Assembly: GCA_965178125.1 (NCBI GenBank)
Contig: OZ237759.1
Location: 1-64,000 of the forward strand
Reading direction: 5' to 3'
DNA length: 64,000 nt
Source of the DNA: Bilabrum cf. latius
Lineage: Eukaryota
Below are positions 26,611 through 37,312 of the stretch, in pieces. A model generated the notes under the pieces. The model did not search any database. It was not told the DNA's origin and saw only the letters and a list, made by a program, of their open reading frames with translations. Every line of letters starts with the position of its first letter. Position 1 is the first letter of the stretch. The position numbers and the translations under genes were made by a program.

Positions 26611-28337
26611 CTGAGGAACATTTGGCCAATGTTGTGGCCCTAGGCCGTCCCAACGCAATTTGAACGGTCTTCATATCTCCTGTGGTTGCCGAGATCGTAT
26701 CCCGCAGGATTTCAGCATGAAAATCTTCAAGGCCCAATATTGGCGCCGCGCGTCAAAAGCGGAACCTGAGGAACATTTGGCCAATGATGTGGCCCTAGGC
26801 CGTCCCAACGCAATTTGAACGGTCTTCATATCTCCTGTGGTTGCCGAGATCGTATCCCGCAGGATTTCAGCATGAAAATCTTCAAGGCCCAATATTGGCG
26901 CTGCGCGTCAAAAGCGGAACCTGAGGAACATTTGGCCAATGTTGTGGCCCTAGGCCGTCCCAACGCAATTTGAACGGTCTTCATATCTCCTGTGGTTGCC
27001 GAGATCGTATCCCGCAGGATTTCAGCATGAAAATCTTCAAGGCCCAATATTGGCGCCGCGCGTCAAAAGCGGAACCTGAGGAACATTTGGCCAATGATGT
27101 GGCTCTAGGCCGTCCCAACGCAATTTGAACGGTCTTCATATCTCCTGTGGTTGATATCTCCTGTGGTTGCCGAGATCGTATCCCGCAGGATTTCAGCATG
27201 AAAATCTTCAAGGCCCAATATTGGCGCCGCGCGTCAAAAGCGGAACCTGAGGAACATTTGGCCAATGATGTGGCCCTAGGCCGTCCCAACGCAATTTGAA
27301 CGGTCTTCATATCTCCTGTGGTTGCCGAGATCGTATCCCGCAGGATTTCAGCATGAAAATCTTCAAGGCCCAATATTGGCGCCGCGCGTCAAAAGCGGAA
27401 CCTGAGGAACATTTGGCCAATGATGTGGCTCTAGGCCGTCCCAACGCAATTTGAACGGTCTTCATATCTCCTGTGGTTGCCGAGATCGTATCCCGCAGGA
27501 TTTCAGCATGAAAATCTTCAAGGCCCAATATTGGCGCCGCGCGTCAAAAGCGGAACCTGAGGAACATTTGGCCAATGATGTGGCCCTAGGCCGTCCCAAC
27601 GCAATTTGAACGGTCTTCATATCTCCTGTGGTTGCCGAGATCGTATCCCGCAGGATTTCAGCATGAAAATCTTCAAGGCCCAATATTGGCGCCGCGCGTC
27701 AAAAGCGGAACCTGAGGAACATTTGGCCAATGATGTGGCTCTAGGCCGTCCAACGCAATTTTAACGGTCTTCATATCTCCTGTGGTTGCCGAGATCGTAT
27801 CCCGCAGGATTTCAGCATGAAAATCTTCAAGGCCCAATATTGGCGCCGCGCGTCAAAAGCGGAACCTGAGGAACATTTGGCCAATGTTGTGGCCCTAGGC
27901 CGTCCAACGCAATTTGAACGGTCTTCATATCTCCTGTGGTTGCCGAGATCGTATCCCGCAGGATTTCAGCATGAAAATCTTCAAGGCCCAATATTGGCGC
28001 CGCGCGTCAAAAGCGGAACCTGAGGAACATTTGGCCAATGTTGTGGCCCTAGGCCGTCCCAACGCAATTTGAACGGTCTTCATATCTCCTGTGGTTGCCG
28101 AGATCGTATCCCGCAGGATTTCAGCATGAAAATCTTCAAGGCCCAATATTGGCGCCGCGCGTCAAAAGCGGAACCTGAGGAACATTTGGCCAATGATGTG
28201 GCCCTAGGCCGTCCCAACGCAATTTGAACGGTCTTCATATCTCCTGTGGTTGCCGAGATCGTATCCCGCAGGATTTTGTCAAAAAGTGAAGATGAAAATA
28301 TTTTTCCCCGACCCTGTCCCTGACTTTATAATAGATA
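26611..28337 (+). repeat. B-family 155-bp satellite plus cap, second copy
   Basis: Same unit and variant order as 11055-12773, with small indels (e.g. a 16-bp duplication near 27153). Confidence 0.97.
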
Positions 28338-29023
28338 CCCTAACCCTAACCCTAACCCTAACCCTAACCCTAACCCTAACCCTAACCCTAACCCTAACCC
28401 TAACCCTAACCCTAACCCTAACCCTAACCCTAACCCTAACCCTAACCCTAACCCTAACCCTAACCCTAACCCTAACCCTAACCCTAACCCTAACCCTAAC
28501 CCTAACCCTAACCCTAACCCTAACCCTAACCCTAACCCTAACCCTAACCCTAACCCTAACCCTAACCCTAACCCTAACCCTAACCCTAACCCTAACCCTA
28601 ACCCTAACCCTAACCCTAACCCTAACCCTAACCCTAACCCTAACCCTAACCCTAACCCTAACCCTAACCCTAACCCTAACCCTAACCCTAACCCTAACCC
28701 TAACCCTAACCCTAACCCTAACCCTAACCCTAACCCTAACCCTAACCCTAACCCTAACCCTAACCCTAACCCTAACCCTAACCCTAACCCTAACCCTAAC
28801 CCTAACCCTAACCCTAACCCTAACCCTAACCCTAACCCTAACCCTAACCCTAACCCTAACCCTAACCCTAACCCTAACCCTAACCCTAACCCTAACCCTA
28901 ACCCTAACCCTAACCCTAACCCTAACCCTAACCCTAACCCTAACCCTAACCCTAACCCTAACCCTAACCCTAACCCTAACCCTAACCCTAACCCTAACCC
29001 TAACCCTAACCCCCCCCCCTAAA

Positions 29024-32000
29024 CCATGTTGTGCCCCCAGGCCGTCCCGATGCAGTTTGAACGGTCTTCATATCACCTGTAGTTGCCGAGATCGTAGCAC
29101 GTCGTTTTTCGGTGTGAAATTCTTCATACACCCATATCGGCGCCGCGCGGCCAGAACGGAACCTGGGGAACATTTGGCCCATGTTGTGCCCCCAGGCCGT
29201 CCCGATGCAGTTTGAACGGTCTTCATATCACCTGTAGTTGCCGAGATCGTAGCACGTCGTTTTTCGGTGTGAAATTCTTCATACACCCATATCGGCGCCG
29301 CGCGGCCAGAACGGAACCTGGGGAACATTTGGCCCATGTTGTGCCCCCAGGCCGTCCCGATGCAGTTTGAACGGTCTTCATATCACCTGTAGTTGCCGAG
29401 ATCGTAGCACGTCGTTTTTCGACAAATATTGAAGATGAAAATATTTTTTCCCCGACCCTGTCCCTGACTTTATATTAGATACCCTAACCCTAACCCTAAC
29501 CCTAACCTTAACCCTAACCCTAACCCTAACCCTAACCCTAACCCTAACCCTAACCCTAACCCTAACCCTAACCCTAACCCTAACCCTAACCCTAACCCTA
29601 ACCCTAACCCTAACCCTAACCCTAACCCTAACCCTAACCCTAACCCTAACCCTAACCCTAACCCTAACCCTAACCCTAACCCTAACCCTAACCCTAACCC
29701 TAACCCTAACCCTAACCCTAACCCTAACCCTAACCCTAACCCTAACCCTAACCCTAACCCTAACCCTAACCCTAACCCTAACCCTAACCCTAACCCTAAC
29801 CCTAACCCTAACCCTAACCCTAACCCTAACCCTAACCCTAACCCTAACCCTAACCCTAACCCTAAGTCTTCATATCACCTGTAGTTGCCGAGATCGTAGC
29901 ACGTACCTGTAGTTGCCGAGATCGTAGCACGTCGTTTTTCGGTGTGAAATTCTTCATACACCCATATCGGCGCCGCGCGGTCAGAACGGAACCTGGGGAA
30001 CATTTGGCCCATGTTGTGCCCCCAGGCCGTCCCGATGCAGTTTGAACGGTCTTCATATCACCTGTAGTTGCCGAGATCGTAGCACGTCGTTTTTCGGTGT
30101 GAAATTCTTCATACACCCATATCGGCGCCGCGCGGCCAGAACGGAACCTGGGGAACATTTGGCCCATGTTGTGCCCCCAGGCCGTCCCGATGCAGTTTGA
30201 ACGGTCTTCATATCACCTGTAGTTGCCGAGATCGTAGCACGTCGTTTTTCGGTGTGAAATTCTTCATACACCCATATCGGCGCCGCGCGGCCAGAACGGA
30301 ACCTGGGGAACATTTGGCCCATGTTGTGCCCCCAGGCCGTCCCGATGCAGTTTGAACGGTCTTCATATCACCTGTAGTTGCCGAGATCGTAGCACGTCGT
30401 TTTTCGGTGTGAAATTCTTCATACACCCATATCGGCGCCGCGCGGCCAGAACGGAACCTGGGGAACATTTGGCCCATGTTGTGCCCCCAGGCCGTCCCGA
30501 TGCAGTTTGAACGGTCTTCATATCACCTGTAGTTGCCGAGATCGTAGCACGTCGTTTTTCGACAAATATTGAAGATGAAAATATTTTTTCCCCGACCCTG
30601 TCCCTGACTTTATATTAGATACCCTAACCCTAACCCTAACCCTAACCTTAACCCTAACCCTAACCCTAACCCTAACCCTAACCCTAACCCTAACCCTAAC
30701 CCTAACCCTAACCCTAACCCTAACCCTAACCCTAACCCTAACCCTAACCCTAACCCTAACCCTAACCCTAACCCTAACCCTAACCCTAACCCTAACCCTA
30801 ACCCTAACCCTAACCCTAACCCTAACCCTAACCCTAACCCTAACCCTAACCCTAACCCTAACCCTAACCCTAACCCTAACCCTAACCCTAACCCTAACCC
30901 TAACCCTAACCCTAACCCTAACCCTAACCCTAACCCTAACCCTAACCCTAACCCTAACCCTAAGTCTTCATATCACCTGTAGTTGCCGAGATCGTAGCAC
31001 GTCGTTTTTCGGTGTGAAATTCTTCATACACCCATATCGGCGCCGCGCGGTCAGAACGGAACCTGGGGAACATTTGGCCCATGTTGTGCCCCCAGGCCGT
31101 CCCGATGCAGTTTGAACGGTCTTCATATCACCTGTAGTTGCCGAGATCGTAGCACGTCGTTTTTCGGTGTGAAATTCTTCATACACCCATATCGGCGCCG
31201 CGCGGCCAGAACGGAACCTGGGGAACATTTGGCCCATGTTGTGCCCCCAGGCCGTCCCGATGCAGTTTGAACGGTCTTCATATCACCTGTAGTTGCCGAG
31301 ATCGTAGCACGTCGTTTTTCGGTGTGAAATTCTTCATACACCCATATCGGCGCCGCGCGGCCAGAACGGAACCTGGGGAACATTTGGCCCATGTTGTGCC
31401 CCCAGGCCGTCCCGATGCAGTTTGAACGGTCTTCATATCACCTGTAGTTGCCGAGATCGTAGCACGTCGTTTTTCGGTGTGAAATTCTTCATACACCCAT
31501 ATCGGCGCCGCGCGGCCAGAACGGAACCTGGGGAACATTTGGCCCATGTTGTGCCCCCAGGCCGTCCCGATGCAGTTTGAACGGTCTTCATATCACCTGT
31601 AGTTGCCGAGATCGTAGCACGTCGTTTTTCGACAAATATTGAAGATGAAAATATTTTTTCCCCGACCCTGTCCCTGACTTTATATTAGATACCCTAACCC
31701 TAACCCTAACCCTAACCTTAACCCTAACCCTAACCCTAACCCTAACCCTAACCCTAACCCTAACCCTAACCCTAACCCTAACCCTAACCCTAACCCTAAC
31801 CCTAACCCTAACCCTAACCCTAACCCTAACCCTAACCCTAACCCTAACCCTAACCCTAACCCTAACCCTAACCCTAACCCTAACCCTAACCCTAACCCTA
31901 ACCCTAACCCTAACCCTAACCCTAACCCTAACCCTAACCCTAACCCTAACCCTAACCCTAACCCTAACCCTAACCCTAACCCTAACCCTAACCCTAACCC

Positions 32001-32815
32001 TAACCCTAACCCTAACCCTAACCCTAACCCTAACCCTAACCCTAACCCTAACCCTAACCCTAACCCTAACCCTAACCCTAACCCTAAGTCTTCATATCAC
32101 CTGTAGTTGCCGAGATCGTAGCACGTCGTTTTTCGGTGTGAAATTCTTCATACACCCATATCGGCGCCGCGCGGTCAGAACGGAACCTGGGGAACATTTG
32201 GCCCATGTTGTGCCCCCAGGCCGTCCCGATGCAGTTTGAACGGTCTTCATATCACCTGTAGTTGCCGAGATCGTAGCACGTCGTTTTTCGGTGTGAAATT
32301 CTTCATACACCCATATCGGCGCCGCGCGGCCAGAACGGAACCTGGGGAACATTTGGCCCATGTTGTGCCCCCAGGCCGTCCCGATGCAGTTTGAACGGTC
32401 TTCATATCACCTGTAGTTGCCGAGATCGTAGCACGTCGTTTTTCGGTGTGAAATTCTTCATACACCCATATCGGCGCCGCGCGGCCAGAACGGAACCTGG
32501 GGAACATTTGGCCCATGTTGTGCCCCCAGGCCGTCCCGATGCAGTTTGAACGGTCTTCATATCACCTGTAGTTGCCGAGATCGTAGCACGTCGTTTTTCG
32601 GTGTGAAATTCTTCATACACCCATATCGGCGCCGCGCGGCCAGAACGGAACCTGGGGAACATTTGGCCCATGTTGTGCCCCCAGGCCGTCCCGATGCAGT
32701 TTGAACGGTCTTCATATCACCTGTAGTTGCCGAGATCGTAGCACGTCGTTTTTCGACAAATATTGAAGATGAAAATATTTTTTCCCCGACCCTGTCCCTG
32801 ACTTTATATTAGATA
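29024..32815 (+). repeat. Four C-family units (155-bp satellite plus cap) separated by telomere tracts
   Basis: Units at 29024-29481, 29866-30621, 30964-31691 and 32088-32815. The unit contains GTCTTCATATCACCTGTAGTTGCCGAGATCGTAGCAC and the cap variant is GACAAATATTGAAGATG. Confidence 0.97.
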
Positions 32816-33456
32816 CCCTAACCCTAACCCTAACCCTAACCCTAACCCTAACCCTAACCCTAACCCTAACCCTAACCCTAACCCTAACCCTAACCCTAAC
32901 CCTAACCCTAACCCTAACCCTAACCCTAACCCTAACCCTAACCCTAACCCTAACCCTAACCCTAACCCTAACCCTAACCCTAACCCTAACCCTAACCCTA
33001 ACCCTAACCCTAACCCTAACCCTAACCCTAACCCTAACCCTAACCCTAACCCTAACCCTAACCCTAACCCTAACCCTAACCCTAACCCTAACCCTAACCC
33101 TAACCCTAACCCTAACCCTAACCCTAACCCTAACCCTAACCCTAACCCTAACCCTAACCCTAACCCTAACCCTAACCCTAACCCTAACCCTAACCCTAAC
33201 CCTAACCCTAACCCTAACCCTAACCCTAACCCTAACCCTAACCCTAACCCTAACCCTAACCCTAACCCTAACCCTAACCCTAACCCTAACCCTAACCCTA
33301 ACCCTAACCCTAACCCTAACCCTAACCCTAACCCTAACCCTAACCCTAACCCTAACCCTAACCCTAACCCTAACCCTAACCCTAACCCTAACCCTAACCC
33401 TAACCCTAACCCTAACCCTAACCCTAACCCTAACCCTAACCCTAACCCTAACCCTA

Positions 33457-34071
33457 CCCATGATATGGCCCTAGGCCGTCCCAAAACAGTTTGAATCATC
33501 TTCATACCTATTCTAGTTGCTGAGATCGCAGAGGGCACATTTTCGGCATGTAAATCTTCATCAGCCAGTATCGTCGCCGCGCGGTCAAAACGGAACCTGG
33601 GGAACACTTGCCCCATGATATGGCCCTAGGCCGTCCCAAAACAGTTTGAATCATCTTCATACCTATTCTAGTTGCTGAGATCGCAGAGGGCACATTTTCG
33701 GCATGTAAATCTTCATCAGCCAGTATCGTCGCCGCACGGTCAAAACGGAACCTGGGGAACATTTGCCCCATGATATGGCCCTAGGCCATCCCAAAACAGT
33801 TTGAATCATCTTCATACCTATTCTAGTTGCTGAGATCGCAGAGGGCACATTTTCGGCATGTAAATCTTCATCAGCCAGTATCGTCGCCGCGCGGTCAAAA
33901 CGGAACCTGGGGAACATTTGCCCCATGATATGGCCCTAGGCCATCCCAAAACAGTTTGAATCATCTTCATACCTATTCTAGTTGCTGAGATCGCAGAGGG
34001 CACATTTTCGACAAAAAAATGAAGATGAAAATATTTTTTCCCCGACCCTGTCCCTGACTTTATATTAGATA
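33457..34071 (+). repeat. Proximal A-family unit
   Basis: Same satellite and cap as 237-858, but with a different distal breakpoint (CCCTA|CCCATG) and an AACACTTG variant. Confidence 0.96.
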
Positions 34072-34276
34072 CCCTAACCCTAACCCTAACCCTAACCCTA
34101 ACCCTAACCCTAACCCTAACCCTAACCCTAACCCTAACCCTAACCCTAACCCTAACCCTAACCCTAACCCTAACCCTAACCCTAACCCTAACCCTAACCC
34201 TAACCCTAACCCTAACCCTAACCCTAACCCTAACCCTAACCCTAAACCTAACCCCTAACCCTTAACCTAACCTAAA

Positions 34277-34350
34277 TATATATAATGTGCGGCGGTTTAT
34301 TTTTTGGTCAAAAAAAGGGCGTGCCCCGATCCTAACATGACCCCCAGATA
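34277..34350 (+). repeat. Diverged cap-like segment
   Basis: GTCAAAAAAAG...CCCCGATCCTAACATGACCCCCAGATA|CCCTAA resembles the cap (GTCAAAAAG...CCCCGACCCTGTCCCTGAC...AGATA|CCCTAA). Confidence 0.55.
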
Positions 34351-34402
34351 CCCTAACCCTAACCCTAACCCTAACCCTAACCCTAACCCTAACCCTAACC
34401 TA

Positions 34403-37138
34403 AGAGTGGGCATGGCACTGTGCGGGGGACCTGTTGGGCGAGCGGCGGATGGTGGGGAGAGTGGGCATGGCACTGTGCGGGGGACCTGTTGGGCGAGCGG
34501 CGGATGGTGGGGAGAGTGGGCATGGCACTGTGCGGGGGACCTGTTGGGCGAGCGGCGGATGGTAGGGAGAGTGGGCATGGCACTGTGCGGGGGACCTGTT
34601 GGGCGAGCGGCGGATGGTAGGGAGAGTGGGCATGGCACTGTGCGGGGGACCTGTTGGGCGAGCGACGGAGGGTGTGGAGAGTGGGCATGGCACTGTGCGG
34701 GGGACCTGTTGGGCGAGCGGCGGATGGTGGGGAGAGTGGGCATGGCACTGTGCGGGGGACCTGTTGGGCGAGCGGCGGATGGTGTGGAGAGTGGGCATGG
34801 CACTGTGCGGGGGACCTGTTGGGCGAGCGGCGGATGGTGGGGAGAGTGGGCATGGCACTGTGCGGGGGACCTGTTGGGCGAGCGGCGGATGGTAGGGAGA
34901 GTGGGCATGGCACTGTGCGGGGGACCTGTTGGGCGAGCGGCGGATGGTGTGGAGAGTGGGCATGGTACTGTGCGGGGGACCTGTTGGGCGAGCGGCGGAT
35001 GGTAGGGAGAGTGGGCATGGCACTGTGCGGGGGACCTGTTGGGCGAGCGGCGGATGGTGGGGAGAGTGGGCATGGCACTGTGCGGGGGACCTGTTGGGCG
35101 AGCGGCGGATGGTAGGGAGAGTGGGCATGGCACTGTGCGGGGGACCTGTTGGGCGAGCGGCGGAGGGTGTGGAGAGTGGGCATGGCACTGTGCGGGGGAC
35201 CTGTTGGGCGAGCGGCGGATGGTAGGGAGAGTGGGCATGGCACTGTGCGGGGGACCTGTTGGGCGAGCGGCGGATGGTGGGGAGAGTGGGCATGGCACTG
35301 TGCGGGGGACCTGTTGGGCGAGCGGCGGAGGGTGTGGAGAGTGGGCATGGCACTGTGCGGGGGACCTGTTGGGCGAGCGGCGGATGGTAGGGAGAGTGGG
35401 CATGGCACTGTGCGGGGGACCTGTTGGGCGAGCGGCGGATGGTGGGGAGAGTGGGCATGGCACTGTGCGGGGGACCTGTTGGGCGAGCGGCGGATGGTGG
35501 GGAGAGTGGGCATGGCACTGTGCGGGGGACCTGTTGGGCGAGCGGCGGATGGTAGGGAGAGTGGGCATGGCACTGTGCGGGGGACCTGTTGGGCGAGCGG
35601 CGGATGGTGGGGAGAGTGGGCATGGCACTGTGCGGGGGACCTGTTGGGCGAGCGGCGGATGGTAGGGAGAGTGGGCATGGCACTGTGCGGGGGACCTGTT
35701 GGGCGAGCGACGGAGGGTGTGGAGAGTGGGCATGGCACTGTGCGGGGGACCTGTTGGGCGAGCGGCGGATGGTGTGGAGAGTGGGCATGGCACTGTGCGG
35801 GGGACCTGTTGGGCGAGCGGCGGATGGTGGGGAGAGTGGGCATGGCACTGTGCGGGGGACCTGTTGGGCGAGCGGCGGATGGTGGGGAGAGTGGGCATGG
35901 CACTGTGCGGGGGACCTGTTGGGCGAGCGGCGGATGGTAGGGAGAGTGGGCATGGCACTGTGCGGGGGACCTGTTGGGCGAGCGGCGGATGGTGGGGAGA
36001 GTGGGCATGGCACTGTGCGGGGGACCTGTTGGGCGAGCGGCGGATGGTAGGGAGAGTGGGCATGGCACTGTGCGGGGGACCTGTTGGGCGAGCGACGGAG
36101 GGTGTGGAGAGTGGGCATGGCACTGTGCGGGGGACCTGTTGGGCGAGCGGCGGATGGTGGGGAGAGTGGGCATGGCACTGTGCGGGGGACCTGTTGGGCG
36201 AGCGGCGGATGGTGGGGAGAGTGGGCATGGCACTGTGCGGGGGACCTGTTGGGCGAGCGGCGGATGGTGGGGAGAGTGGGCATGGCACTGTGCGGGGGAC
36301 CTGTTGGGCGAGCGGCGGATGGTAGGGAGAGTGGGCATGGCACTGTGCGGGGGACCTGTTGGGCGAGCGGCGGATGGTGTGGAGAGTGGGCATGGCACTG
36401 TGCGGGGGACCTGTTGGGCGAGCGGCGGATGGTAGGGAGAGTGGGCATGGCACTGTGCGGGGGACCTGTTGGGCGAGCGGCGGATGGTGGGGAGAGTGGG
36501 CATGGCACTGTGCGGGGGACCTGTTGGGCGAGCGGCGGATGGTAGGGAGAGTGGGCATAGCACTGTGCGGGGGACCTGTTGGGCGAGCGGCGGAGGGTGT
36601 GGAGAGTGGGCATAGCACTGTGCGGGGGACCTGTTGGGCGAGCGGCGGATGGTAGGGAGAGTGGGCATGGCACTGTGCGGGGGACCTGTTGGGCGAGCGG
36701 CGGATGGTGGGGAGAGTGGGCATGGCACTGTGCGGGGGACCTGTTGGGCGAGCGGCGGAGGGTGTGGAGAGTGGGCATGGCACTGTGCGGGGGACCTGTT
36801 GGGCGAGCGGCGGATGGTGGGGAGAGTGGGCATGGCACTGTGCGGGGGACCTGTTGGGCGAGCGGCGGATGGTAGGGAGAGTGGGCATGGCACTGTGCGG
36901 GGGACCTGTTGGGCGAGCGGCGGATGGTGGGGAGAGTGGGCATGGCACTGTGCGGGGGACCTGTTGGGCGAGCGGCGGATGGTAGGGAGAGTGGGCATGG
37001 CACTGTGCGGGGGACCTGTTGGGCGAGCGGCGGATGGTGGGGAGAGTGGGCATGGCACTGTGCGGGGGACCTGTTGGGCGAGCGGCGGATGGTAGGGAGA
37101 GTGGGCATGGCACTGTGCGGGGGACCTGTTGGGCGAGC
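34403..37138. repeat. 55-bp G-rich subtelomeric minisatellite, about 50 copies
   Basis: Unit GAGTGGGCATGGCACTGTGCGGGGGACCTGTTGGGCGAGCGGCGGATGGTGGGGA, with variants concentrated in the last ~15 nt. Confidence 0.98.
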
Positions 37139-37312
37139 TGCGGATCCGGATGAGTTGGGCAGCACTGGGAAGAAGCCTCACCTGGATGGTCCGAAGCCAA
37201 GGGGATCATGTCATTCAATCCGTAACAGAAGTGGGACACATGGATCACTTCGGTTCATGGAGCTGTTCAAATTTTTTGCTTTGCTTCAGTCAAGGCAGCA
37301 GAATTTTCTGGC

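Larger units (their letters stand above)
13945..28337. mobile_element. Telomere-embedded large element, longer copy (14.4 kb): left 22-mer array, ORF-A, Pol III-like unit, ORF-B, inverted right 22-mer array, B satellite, cap
   Basis: Flanked on both sides by CCCTAA tracts and duplicated nearly identically at 4516-12773. Mobility is inferred from the duplication and the junction structure. Confidence 0.8.
1..34402. repeat. Telomeric/subtelomeric mosaic: about 16 (CCCTAA)n tracts (about 50-740 bp) interrupted by inserted units
   Basis: Pure CCCTAA runs at e.g. 54-236, 859-1089, 4271-4515, 12774-13518, 13582-13942, 28338-29023, 32816-33456, 34072-34276 and 34351-34402. The C-rich strand is on +, so the chromosome end lies to the left. 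Confidence 0.98.

Noticed and set aside
34297-37248. 900+ aa ORFs over the 55-bp array, plus ORFs over the 22-bp, 155-bp and telomere repeats
   Set aside because: These are translations of tandem repeats that are open in several frames, with no coding evidence.
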